DNA from: Chiloscyllium plagiosum
Taxonomy: Eukaryota
Assembly: GCF_004010195.1 (NCBI RefSeq)
Contig: NC_057719.1
Location: 82,817,060-82,856,494 of the forward strand
DNA length: 39,435 nucleotides
Reading direction: 5' to 3'
How positions within the stretch are numbered: position 1 is the stretch's first letter; the number at the start of each line of letters is the position of its first letter. Under the pieces are notes generated by a model. The model saw only the letters and a list, made by a program, of their open reading frames with translations. It made no database searches and was not told where the DNA came from. Below, in pieces: positions 10,701 through 22,695 of the stretch. The translations under genes were made by a program, and so were the position numbers.

Positions 10701-11071
10701 ACTGGGTCTTGTATTAGGAATTGTGGAAGACAGCGATGAGATGACGAGTCTCATTCTGATAGACTTCCCAGGGAGGTTCAGAAAGCCAGCGTTGAAATTA
10801 AAAACAAGTCTGGTCGACAGTGGGTCGCGTGTGTATGTATGCCTGGCAGTTGGCCAGAAAATATAAGAAACCGAGGCAATGAGTTACAAACTCATGAATG
10901 GAAAGTAACAGCTTACAGGCTCAGTGAAGATAGGAGGTACAAGCAGGGATTGAGGCGGGCTGCCAATAAAAGAAGCAGAAAATATATTGGGACAGGACAC
11001 TGAGAATGCAAGATTGAGGGCAGAACGAGAGGATGCAAGGGGTGCTGTGAGAGAATTATTTTGACAAAGAT

Positions 11072-11631
11072 GGGTGGCATGGTGGCCCAGTGGTTAGCAC
11101 TGCTGCTGCCTCACAGCGTTAGGGACCTGGGTTCAATCCCAAGCTCAGGCGACTGTCTGTGTGGAGTTTGCACATTCTCCCTGAGTCTGTGTGGGTTTGC
11201 TCCGGTTTCCTCCCACAATCCAAAGGTGTGCAGGTTAGGGTAAACTGGCCACACTAAATTGCCCCATTGCATTCAGGGATGTGCAGGTTGGGTGGGTTAG
11301 GTAAAAACAATGACTGCAGATGCTGGAAACCAGATTCTGGATTAGTGGTGCTGGAAGAGCACAGCAGTTCAGGCAGCATCCAAGGAGCTTCGAATCGACG
11401 TTTCGGGCAAAAGCCCTTCATCAGATGAAGGGCTTTTGCCCGAAACGTTGATTTCGAAGCTCCTTGGATGCTGCCTGAATTGCTGTGCTCTTCCAGCACC
11501 ACTAATCCAGGTTGGGTGGGTTAGCCATAGGAAACGCAGGGTGACAGGGATAGGGGGTGGGTCTGGGTGGGATGCCTTTCGGAGGGTCAGTGTGGACTCG
11601 ATGGGCTGAGTGGCCTGCTGTAGGGATTCCA
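11072..11631 (+). mobile_element. HE1-type V-SINE interrupted by a Penelope-like palindrome
   Basis: tRNA head and V-domain at 11072-11300; remainder at 11508-11631. Confidence 0.88.
11301..11507 (-). mobile_element. Penelope-like family A fold-back insertion (young)
   Basis: Near-perfect palindrome 11337-11422 / 11424-11510; exact duplication CAGGTTGGGTGGGTTAG at 11284-11300 and 11508-11524. Confidence 0.82.
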
Positions 11632-12079
11632 CGGAAGAAGAGGCATTGCCTGCCCTGAGACGCGGCCTCATACAGCCAAATAAAAAAAACACCTGTGGAA
11701 AATGAGTCAGCAAGAACCAATGATATTCGCAGTTCCTGCCTGTAGGATTAGTGACCTTGATACGTGCTGGGAGACCAAGTGTGAGATTGGTTTCCCTGGT
11801 AACTTCAGGCCTTGTTGAGACAGCATGTTTGTAAGACGCCCCTCCTCTATCTTGTGCAACAAAGCAAAGCTATGTGCAGTCACTAAAGCCATGGCAAAAA
11901 ACAGGGGAGGAAAGTCTGACAACCATGGAATTAATGAGGTGTTCACAATCCCACAGACTCCTGTCACCAGCTGAGGTTAGGGCTTTGAGGGAAGCACTGG
12001 GTCTGACGATACATCCGAATTCCGATTCTCTTCCCAGTCTTGAACTGAGAAATGTCCGAGCACCTCGTGTGCTTGTAGT

Positions 12080-12335
12080 AAGACGTAGGTTTAAGGTGAG
12101 AGGGGAAAGAGTTAAAAAGGGACCTGAGGGGCAACTTTCTAACGCAGAGGGTGGTACGTGTATGGAATGAGCTGCCAGAGGAGGTTGTAAAGGCTGGTAC
12201 AATTACGACACCGGCACAGGTACATGGACAGGAAAGGTATAAAGGGGTATGGACCAAATGCAGGCAAGTGGGACTAGTTCAGTTGAGGAAACCTGGAAAA
12301 GTTGGGCCGAAGGGTCTGTTTCCACGCTGCATGAG
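12080..12335 (+). mobile_element. CR1 3' end
   Basis: FKVRGER...RVWNELPEEVV motif and GGGCCGAAGGGTCTGTTTCC tail. Confidence 0.85.
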
Positions 12336-12394
12336 CGTTGCCATGCTATGTAAGCATTGTCCCTATCAGGTTTTGCTTGTTACTGGTTCCCTGG

Positions 12395-12890
12395 TGATGG
12401 AAATATTGACTAAAAGCGGGGAAATCACGTTGGAGTTGTACAGAACTGGTTGGTGAAACCACAGTTAGACCAGTTCTGGTCACCACATTACAGGAAGGAT
12501 GTGGTCACACTAGAGGGGGTGCAGAGGAGATTCGCTAGAATGCTGTCGAGGATGGAAAATTTAAGTTATGCGGAAAGGTTGGATATTTTCTTTGAAGCAG
12601 GGAAGACTGAAGAGGGGATCCGACTGAGGTGTACAAGGTTATAAGAGGGGGCGTGGACAGAGTGGATATGGAGCAGCTGTTCCCCATGAACACAGGTTTG
12701 AGGTGAGGGGTGGGAGATTTTGGGGAGCAAGTGAGGGTGAACCTTGTTACCCAGACGGTAGTGACGGTCTGCACTACCTGGGAGGGTGGCAGAGACAAAT
12801 TGCTACACATCCTTTGAAAGGTGGATGAGTACTTGGCACATCAGAGTGTTCAAGGCTTTTGGCCAAGTGCTGGTAAATGGGATGAGATTT
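12395..12890 (+). mobile_element. Decayed CR1 ORF2 C-terminal fragment
   Basis: LELYR...QFWSPHYRKDVVTLEGVQRRFARML. Confidence 0.85.
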
Positions 12891-13088
12891 AGATTTTGAC
12901 TTTATTGTCACAGGTACTCAAGTACAGGGTACAGGACTACAGTGAAAAGTGTCCAATCTCACCACAAATGGTGCCATCTTAGGTAACAAGTACCTCGGTA
13001 CAAAAACTAAGCAGAATAATAAAGAAACAAATTAAACAGTTCTGCACTACAGTCTTCTTAGTATGTAAGAGAAAAAAATAAAGAATTA

Positions 13089-13212
13089 CAGGTATCCCCT
13101 GCTATCGAAAGTAGAGCGTTCCCGGGAAACCTTTCGCAAGCCGGAAATGGTGTAAAGCGAAGATGCATGGTTCACATGGGAAAAATTTTGCTGTTTTCGT
13201 AAAAGCGAAAGT
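13089..13212 (+). mobile_element. Terminal fragment of a Tc1/mariner (Tigger/pogo-like) DNA transposon
   Basis: TA|CAGGTATCCCCTGCTATCGAAAGTAGAGCGTTCC...GAAACCTTTCG resembles Tigger-type termini; the second TIR was not found. Confidence 0.45.
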
Positions 13213-13247
13213 AAGTTGTAAAGTCAAATCTTACTGTCATTTCTTAA

Positions 13248-13374
13248 GGCGAAAGTGAGGACTGCAGATGCTGGAGATTAGAGTCGAGAGTGTGGGAAAA
13301 GCACAGCAGGTCAGGCAGCATCCGAGGAGCAGGAGAATCGATGTTTTGGGCAAAAGCCCGATTCATCAGGAATG
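13248..13374 (-). mobile_element. Penelope-like family A short copy
   Basis: Family A sequence; 12 bp TSD GTCATTTCTTAA (13236-13247) / GTCTTTTCTTAA (13375-13386). Confidence 0.75.
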
Positions 13375-13959
13375 GTCTTTTCTTAAACCCTGGGTCTGCA
13401 GACCCTCCAAACTGGGCTTTCCCCAAGAGGGATCGCTCTCCCTTTGCGCTGGGCTGAGACCTGCCTGTGCTCGCCAGCCGCCATCCTGGCTCCAGCCATT
13501 GCCATGCTCCATTGCTGGACTAGGCGTCTCGCTGTGGAAGCCCGCTGACCACGACTGGCAGCCTCATGGCCGACCGTCTCCATGGCTGAGCTCCAAAGAC
13601 CAAGGAACCAAAAGAAAGGAGTAAAGAATGATGAGAAGGAAGTAAAGAAGGAAAAGCGATTGGAGTGAACGAGCTCTGGTGAGGAGCCGTACTCTGCCGC
13701 CATCTTGGATCAATCTTGGTTTAGGTCGAAAGTCAGGTGTTTCTCACGTGGTGGTGCAGACTCGATGGGCCGATGGGCCTCTTCTGCACTGTTTGATTCT
13801 ATGATTTTAAACAGATCCTGTTAGTTGCCTGCTCCCTATAGACCCAAGATATTGTGACCAAGCGCCAGGTCAGGAAATGGAGGTAAGAGGGCACTCAGGC
13901 CTAGCAAATATGGATTTCTACCAAGTATTAGTCAGCGTTGAACAGCTCCCCCACTGAAT

Positions 13960-14223
13960 TGAGGGGGAAAAAAAAAAGTCACGGGGGCATTAATATAAAT
14001 TGCAGGCAGGGAGAAAAGCTGGAGGAGAAAAATAACTGATCGTCTGACCGGCCGACCGTGAATGGGTTGGCTGTCTGGTTGGCATGGCGCTGAGGTTCAC
14101 ATGGGAAAAATTTTGCTGTTTTCGTAAAAGCATTCCTGAAGAAGGGCTTATGCCCGAAACGTCGATTCTCCTGTTCCCTGGATGCTGCCTGACCTGCTGC
14201 GCTTTTCCAGCAACACATTTCCA
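13960..14223 (+). mobile_element. Composite insertion: two locally templated segments plus a Penelope-like family A fragment
   Basis: TSD TCCCCCACTGAAT at 13947-13959 and 14224-14236; see findings. Confidence 0.8.
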
Positions 14224-14459
14224 TCCCCCACTGAATGTCCTGTGTATTTGCAGAAAGGCTGCCTCTGAAAGATCTGGTTGGAGGAGGGAGAGGACCCAGG
14301 TGGGGATGTCTCTGGTGACTCCCAAAGTTTCACGAGCCTCTTACTGATCGGGGTCCAGCCATCAGTGGGTACAACAGTAAAGCCTGTGAATGTGGGATGA
14401 GGTGATTCCTGGGAATGAGGTCTGTAATAACTTGTTTGGGAATGCTAACATACCAACTC

Positions 14460-14700
14460 ATCATAAAATCCCTACAGTGTGGAAGCAGGCCATTTGGCCC
14501 ATTGAGTCCACACCAAGATCATCCCATCCAGACCCACCCCTGCACACTATGGCCAATTCACCTGACCTGCACATCTTTGGACTGTGGGAGGAAACCGGAG
14601 GACCCGGAGGAAACCCACGCAGACACGGGGAGGGTGGTGCAAACTCCCACACAGTCGCCTGAGGCTGGAATCGAACCAGGGTCCCTGGCGCAGTGAGCTA
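14460..14700 (-). mobile_element. HE1-type V-SINE (internally deleted)
   Basis: Reverse complement of the V-domain and B box. Confidence 0.85.
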
Positions 14701-15228
14701 CCCTAACGCAGTCTCCAATGACATTGCTACACGTTGACGATGCTGCTGCTCCTTAGTTTGCTCAGAACCTCAGCGCCATGCCAACCAGACAGCCAACCCA
14801 TTCACGGTCGGCCGGTCAGACGATCAGTTATTTTTCTCCTCCAGCTTTTCTCCCCGCCTGCAATTTATATTAATGCCCCCGTGACGTTTTTTTTCCCCCC
14901 TCAATAAAAGTCATGAATTTCTGGAGACTCCAGGGCCATCTGACATCCCTCGTCTGGAAGGGACATGTGGAGGGATATCAGGACAGGGGGCACCTCCTCC
15001 TGCAGCTAATCAGGATCCAGTTAATTACAGAATCACACAACTGTTAAGGTGCAGAAGGAGGCCATTCAGTCCATCGTCCTGCACTAATTCTGGTACCTAG
15101 TGCCAATTGCCTGCCATTTCCCCATTGTGATAAAGTGTGCAGATGAATCAGACCTGCCTTGATCTTTTAAATGTTCAAATTTATTGGATTTTAATCTTTG
15201 TTTTCAGATACCAGTGAAAACATTCGCC

Positions 15229-15728
15229 NNNNNNNNNNNNNNNNNNNNNNNNNNNNNNNNNNNNNNNNNNNNNNNNNNNNNNNNNNNNNNNNNNNNNNNN
15301 NNNNNNNNNNNNNNNNNNNNNNNNNNNNNNNNNNNNNNNNNNNNNNNNNNNNNNNNNNNNNNNNNNNNNNNNNNNNNNNNNNNNNNNNNNNNNNNNNNNN
15401 NNNNNNNNNNNNNNNNNNNNNNNNNNNNNNNNNNNNNNNNNNNNNNNNNNNNNNNNNNNNNNNNNNNNNNNNNNNNNNNNNNNNNNNNNNNNNNNNNNNN
15501 NNNNNNNNNNNNNNNNNNNNNNNNNNNNNNNNNNNNNNNNNNNNNNNNNNNNNNNNNNNNNNNNNNNNNNNNNNNNNNNNNNNNNNNNNNNNNNNNNNNN
15601 NNNNNNNNNNNNNNNNNNNNNNNNNNNNNNNNNNNNNNNNNNNNNNNNNNNNNNNNNNNNNNNNNNNNNNNNNNNNNNNNNNNNNNNNNNNNNNNNNNNN
15701 NNNNNNNNNNNNNNNNNNNNNNNNNNNN
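15229..15728. other. Assembly gap (exactly 500 N; true size unknown)
   Basis: Run of N with a round-number length typical of scaffolding joins. Confidence 0.99.
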
Positions 15729-15897
15729 TCCTGCCTTACATTTCTACTACTGCGTGTTTTACATTAATTTTAAAAGATGTGTCTATGGATTTACATAGAT
15801 ATTTTTGAGGGATGTTGCTGTCTTGAAGCTTTACTTGGTCAGGATTTACTGGGTTATGCATGCCTCTCGATTATCTGATTAACTGGCCACCACCTAG

Positions 15898-16209
<312 letters not shown>

Positions 16210-16619
16210 TGACTTGCAGCCTCAACCACTATTTTGTGATTGCAGGTTAGCGCTTCCCAAAATGAACCAAGGACGCTCTTGTGTGCAGCCTTGGTCTTCA
16301 GGCAAGGGGTTGAGGGAGGTGTGGTTGAGAGCTTGTTTCTTCTTTCCTCAAGTTCTACAAATTGGTTCATATTTGGTTCAAAGGACGCAAGGTATTTGTT
16401 TTTCTTTTCTCCACTCGCCTGTGTTGAGAACATTGTCCAGAACAAAGCATTGGGCCCCATCCACTGCTGTTCAGTAGCAGCACGTGCACCATCTACAAGA
16501 TGCACTGCAAAAACTCACCGAGTCTCCTTAGTCCAAACCCACGATCACCAACATTGGTGGCACAGTGGCTCAGTGGTAAGCACTGCTGCCTCATAGCTCC
16601 AGGCATCCAGGTCCCTACA

Positions 16620-18480
16620 AGTCATCCCTCCAATCCTGGCAACATCCTTGTAAATGTTTTTTTTTCCAATTAAAAACATCTTTCCTGTAGCAGGGAGAGC
16701 AGAATTGAATGCAATATTCCAAAAGTGGCCTAACCAATCTCCTGTACAGCTGCAACATGACCTCCCTACTCCTGTACTCAATGCACTGACCAGTAGAGGA
16801 AAGCATACCAAATGCCTTCTTCACTATCCTAGCTTCCTGTGACTCCACTTTCAACGAGTTATGAACCTGCACTCCAAGATCTCTGTTTGACAACATTCTC
16901 CAGGATCTTACCATTAAGTGTATTAGTCCTGCTGTGATTTGCCTTACCAAAATCTAGCACTTAACATTTATCTAGATTAAACTCCATCTGCCACTCTTCA
17001 GCCCAGGAGGTCTCGTTGTACTCTGAGGTAACTCTTTGTTGTTCCCCCCTACACCAAAGATTTTGGTGTCATCTGCAAACATAGTAGCCATACATCCTAT
17101 GTGAACATCCATATCATTTATATAAAATGACAAACAGGCCTCCAGTCCATAAAGCAACACTTTCTTTGTTGTCCCCCCTACACCAAAGATTTTGGTGTCA
17201 TCTGCAAACATAGTAGCCATACATCCTATGTGAACATCCATATCATTTATATAAAATGACAAAAATCAGTGGATCCAGCGCCAATCCTTGCAGCACACCG
17301 CTGATCACAGGCCTCCAGTCCATAAAGCAACCCTCCACCACCACCCTCTGTCCTCTACCTTTGAGCCAGTTCTGTATTCAAATGGCTAGTTCTCCCTGTA
17401 TTCCATGAGATCTAACCTGGCTAACTAGTCTCCCATGGGGAACCTTGTCACATGTCTTACTGAAGTCCACAGAGATCACATCCACCACTCTGCTCTCATC
17501 AATCTTCTTCATTACCTCTTCAGAAAACTCTTATCAAGTTAGTGAGACATGATTTCAGACACACAAAGCCATGTTGACTATCCCTAATCAGTCCTTGCCT
17601 TTTCAAATCCTGTCCCTCAGGACTGCCTCCAACAACTTGTCTACCACTAAAGTCAGGCTCACTGGTCTATAGTTCCCTGGCTTGTCCTTACCACCCTTGT
17701 TAAACAGTGGCACCACATTAGCAAACTTCCAGTCTTCCAGCACCTCACATGTGACTATCGATGATACAATATCTCAGCAAGGGGCCCAGCAATCACTTCC
17801 CTAGCTTCCCACAGAATTCTAGGATATACCTGATCCAGTCCGGGGGATTTATCCACCTGCATTTTCAGACATCCAGCACTGGCTCCTCCGTAATATGGAT
17901 ACCTTTCAAGATTTTGCGATGTGTTTCTCCAAGTTTCCTATCTTGCATATCCTTTTCCACAGTAAAGAATGATGCAAAATACTTGTTTAGAATCTCACCG
18001 ATTTGCTGAGGTTCCACGCATAGGAGTTCTTGCTGATCTTTGAGGGGCCCTATCCTGTCCCTAGTTACTCTTTTGTCCTTGATGTATTTATAGAAACCCT
18101 TTGGATTTGCCTTAACTTATTTGCCAGAGCTACCTCATGTCCTGCTTTTTCCCTCCTGGGGTTTCCCTCTTAAGTGTAATCCTACTGCCCTTATACTCCT
18201 CTAGGGATTTACTTGATCGCTGCTGTGTATACCTGACATATGCTTCCTCCTTTTTCTTGACCAGAACCCCAATTCCTCTAGTCATCCAGCATCCACTACA
18301 CCTAGCAGTCTTGCCCTTCACCTAACAGGGACGTTCTATCTCTGGATTCTTGCTACCTCATTTTTGAAGGCTTCTCACTTTTGAGCAGTCTCATTATCTG
18401 CGAATATCCACCGCCAATCAAATTCTGAAAGTTCTTGCTTGGTGCTGTCAAGTGCTCAACTTCGTCCCTACATCTGGTCC
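16620..18480 (-). mobile_element. Decayed CR1 LINE in JMJD7 intron 2
   Basis: Broken ORF2 (FADDTK, LVRPLLEYCIQFCSP, KKKEEAYVRY); internal duplication at 17033-17263. Confidence 0.9.
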
Positions 18481-18648
18481 TACCCTCCCTGCAGGTGCCT
18501 ATTAAAATCTCCTCAGATCTCATTAGGTGACATAGTGGCAAATTCTGCTTGCTATCGCTCTCGTTAAGCACTTTGGAATGTTTTGCTTTGTCAAAGATGC
18601 CATATAAATGCAGGTTGCTGTGGTAACATTGGGATGTTTCACCTTCAG

Positions 18649-18902
18649 AGAGGTGGTTGGGAAGCACAGGGTGAGCGTGGCGGTGACCCCCAACGGTTAC
18701 GCTGATGCCGTGTATGAGGGTCGGTTCGTGATGCCTGAGGAACGGCAAATGCCATTTGATGACTTCCTGGACATCATCGAGAGGAAGCGGGCTGCGAGCG
18801 GTGTGTTTTACGTGCAGAAGCAGTGCTCAAACCTGATCGAGGAATTCCCTCAGCTCCTGCAGGACATAGAACCCCACATCACGTGGATGAGTGAGGCACT
18901 AG
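18649..18902 (+). CDS. JMJD7: JMJD7 coding exon 3 (254 bp)
   Basis: CCTTCAG acceptor, GTGAGT donor; [21 protein letters not shown]...[33 protein letters not shown]; phase compatible with exons 2 and 4. Confidence 0.97.
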
Positions 18903-19551
18903 GTGAGTGAGGAGTGGTGGGCTGCAGCTTACCTTACTTGCATGTCGCTTGTCAGCAACTCTGCTGATTATCTCACGTCAACAGTCATTGAGATAACGTG
19001 TTACAGTTCTCTCCTTATCTCAAACCTGTTCCGGCTTGTTCTCTTGTTGCTAAAATGATGGCAGCTGTATGGATGCAGCCTTTGTGGGTGTTAGGTGCTA
19101 TAGGTACCGAAGGTGAGACTTTCACTGTGGGACCCTGATACATTGATTGCTGTCGCTGAGACGTGAAGGTGGAATCTGCGCCCCCCCCTCCCGGCAACCA
19201 GACTTCAGGTCCGGCTGGGGACTGCTGCAGAGCTCACGTGCCCTAAGGTAGCCCTCTGTGGCTCATGGAGTTAGAATCCCTCCAGGGGTATGTGACCCAC
19301 CTCTCCTTTCCTGGCCCCAGAAACATAAGCTGATGCCAATCTCTGACGGCCAACATTTGGGGGAATGCTGGCAAAATGGAAATGGTCCCGGTGACCCAGT
19401 TTCATGGTCAATGGAGCAGCAAGGACTTGTGCTTTGACCAGGATGGAGGCCTGAAGATTCAGGCTGTTCTCTGTCAATAGGCTGATGGCTGACCACTCTC
19501 TAACGGCTGGGTGTGCTGTCAGACCATTTATTTTCTCCCCTTTTGTTTTAG

Positions 19552-19608
19552 GGAAGATGCCTGATGCTGTAAATTTCTGGCTGGGGGAGTCGACTGCAGT
19601 GACTTCCT
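19552..19608 (+). CDS. JMJD7: JMJD7 coding exon 4 (57 bp)
   Basis: TTTTAG acceptor, GTAAGT donor; GKMPDAVNFWLGESTAVTS. Not in the ORF track. Confidence 0.96.
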
Positions 19609-20334
19609 GTAAGTAACTCAAGCTTGTTATTCATGTAAGTGAGCTGTTCGGACAGTGAAGAGGTGGGGAGCGGGGGTCATGTCAACTGACCTGGGAAAGC
19701 AAGGCGACCTGTTGGGAGAAGTTAATGTAAGAAAGCCGAGTCAGCCAAGACATATTTTTACACTGACAGTAAACCTATCTCCAGTTATCATTTAATCTCC
19801 AGAGACATAATTCCATTGTAGTGTTGTGGGTCTTGATTTGCAAGTGTTGTCCATACATCTAGCCCTTTGCTTGCACACTTGCATTGACGTTTTGCTCAGC
19901 ATAAACACACAATAGGCTTCTGCTTTGTTTCCCAGTGCCTCGTGACGTGCGATAACATTCCCAACCACTGATCTGTGGTGACCCATCACAGTGTAATTAT
20001 GTAATGAGCTTGGTGTGCTCGGTTTTATGAATTATCTTCCCATGGACAGAGTGTAAATCGGTCTCAGTACCTCTCAAATGTTGCTGCTCTGTCAATTGAA
20101 CCGATTTGAGGGTCATGGCTGTTTTCTCTGGAGAGTCAGAGGAGGGTGACTCTTGAGGGTCGGTACAAACTCGATGGTCCAAATGACCTCTTTCCGCTCT
20201 GTAGGCATGCTCTGATTCTTCGGTTCCGGAAAACATTGTCTTTGGTTCCTGTTATAAGCTCCATGCCTGAGCCCTTTACTCTATCCCTCTTTCTGCCAAG
20301 TATCTGCAGATGAACCCGATGTGCCCTACAAGTT

Positions 20335-20692
20335 TATTTTTATATTCATTGACTGGATGAGGGCATCACTGGCTAGGCCAGCATTTATTGCCCATCTCTA
20401 ATCGCCTAGAGGGCAGTTCAGAGTCAGCCACGTTGCTGTGGGTCTGGAGTCACCTGTAGGCCAGACCAGGTAAGGATGGCAGTTTCCTTCCCTAAAGGAC
20501 ATTCGTGAGCCAGATGGGTTTTTCCAACAATCAACAGTGGATTCATTGTCTCATTAGACTCTTAATTCCAGATTTTTATTGAATTCAAATTCCACCATCT
20601 GCTGTGGTGGGATTCGAAACTGGGTCCCCAGACATTACCTGGATCTTTGGATTAACAATCGAGTGATAATTTCACGAGACCATCGCCTCCCC
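20335..20692 (-). mobile_element. tRNA-derived SINE (same family as 2890-3205)
   Basis: Colinear similarity with 2890-3205; tail GGGCAATAAATGCTGGCCTAGCCAGTGATGCCC on the minus strand. Confidence 0.72.
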
Positions 20693-20829
20693 AAGTGTAT
20701 TTCCAACTACTACTTTGCTTCATCACCAAAACCACACTCCTGCACAATGCCAGAGTCCGCCCCATCTCATCTGACCTGCTCCTGAAACGTTCATCCCTGT
20801 CACTTTTCCCTGTAGACTTGACTATTCCA

Positions 20830-21330
20830 ATGCCTCCCATGTTTTAACCCATGTAAACGTGAATTGCTGCAGCCCCTGCTGCTTGTATCCTAATTCACAA
20901 CTTCCATTTATCTATCACCCAGGTGGTTGCTGATCTGCATTAGCTCCTGGTCCAATTCTAAAATTCCCATCCTGGTTTTGAAAACCTTTCATGGCTTCAC
21001 CCCTCCTGATCCTTTGTAACCTCCATCACTTTTTCAAGATACCCCTCTCGTACAGTTCTGGCCTCCTGAGAGTCCCTGAACTTTAGTTGCTTCACCAGTG
21101 GAGAAACTTGTCACTTCAGCTTTTTCCATCCTCAGCTCTGGAATCTCCTCCCCACTCCTTCCTTTCTCTCTCCTTTCAAGATATTCCTTACTACTTGGAC
21201 AAACTGTCAGCCAAATATCTTAGTATCCCCTTAACGGGAGGGGGTGGGTCTGTGCCTGATATTGTTCAATAATTGTTCTTGTGGAGCACTTTGGAACATT
21301 ATACCATGTTTGAGGTGGTACAGGTTATTG
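20830..21330 (+). mobile_element. Decayed L2 LINE 3' end
   Basis: Remnants of ITQVVADLH*LLV / KIPILVLKTFHGFTPP, typical of the L2 ORF2 C-terminus. Confidence 0.55.
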
Positions 21331-21532
21331 TTTCTCAGTAGGAGATTCACATCGTAAGTAAGACTTTTACTGATACATGTGGATATGTATATTGACATAT
21401 TAGGAAGCCATCAACCGTGGATAATTGACTGTGTGTGTTCTGTGATGACGGAGTCTGTGCTGGTTGCGATTATATCCATTGCTTGATGTGTCTGCACTGG
21501 ATTTCCTAATTTCCTTTGTGCCATTTTACTGA

Positions 21533-21697
<165 letters not shown>

Positions 21698-21949
21698 TAG
21701 CTGCAAAGCAAATGAGATTAGTCCGTCTGGGCCATTGGATAGAGCAGTTCACTATTCGGTATGAATTGACATTCCCATTTGAAAGTGTCATGTGCTAACT
21801 AATAGCAAAATGAAAATAGATATGGAATTAAGTTGGTTTTCATTGTTTCTTCAAACTTTCTTTGGTGAAAGTGTAGCAGTGATTAGATATGCATTCACAT
21901 TAAACCATTCCCAGTAATTGGAACACTGCACTCCTCTTCCTCACTCCTA

Positions 21950-22680
21950 TACTAGCTAACATTGTTAGTGATTCTCAAGTTACTTCCTCCTACCTTGTCT
22001 GCTGTCATCCACCTGCTCTTTTAAAAACAAAATGTCCTTTCCGCGGTAGCAAGCCCTATTTCCAGCTTCAGTTGCCTCAAAAGCCCTTGAACATATTATT
22101 GCTTCCCAGATCCACACTCAGTGTGTTCTGTATTTTCACCATTGAGTGGTTCACTCAGGTTTCCGTCACTGCCACAACACTGTAATTCCCTCAACCTAAG
22201 GAAAAAAAAAATCCCTCTCAACCTCTGTGCGGTTTCTAATATTGCATTCTCTCCTCTGTCCTCCAGCTCAGTGGTACTGACCTGAGAAAGCTAATTTTCC
22301 ATCTGCAGTAATAGCTGACCTTCCTGCCTCTTCACCTTTGGCTGCAAAGAACCTCAAGAAGCTGCTCTTCCTCCTCCTTTACCTAACTGCTGCACATTTA
22401 GCAGAAGGTGTGGGGTCAAGCTTAATGTCTGTGCTGGCAACACCAATTTAACCTCTCCAACACCTCATGGTCCCAGCGCTGCCTCTGTTGACTGCTAGCC
22501 CAACATCCAGTTTTGAATAAGCTGCACTTCATTTTACTTAATTGTTGGGAGGACTGACCGTGGCAATGGCCCCTCCACAGAGTGGTACCCTCCCTCAGAC
22601 TGAAGCAAACTGCTTGTAATCTCAATGGGCTTTTGAATCTGAGTTGTGCTTCTAATCCAGTAATGTCTCTATCACATAGA
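21950..22680 (+). mobile_element. Highly decayed L2 RT region
   Basis: Remnants of PIS.L / KALEHIIASQIH / SGFR.CH.T / MS.A..TN / LRL.QT..NL. Confidence 0.5.
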
Positions 22681-22695
22681 ACATGCATAATATTG

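Noticed and set aside
13248..14223. 13248-13374 and 14131-14223 as two arms of one inverted Penelope insertion
   Set aside because: Different subfamily-diagnostic bases and separate TSDs.
15184..15798. Long ORFs 15184-15798 and 15198-15767
   Set aside because: Artefacts of translating through Ns.
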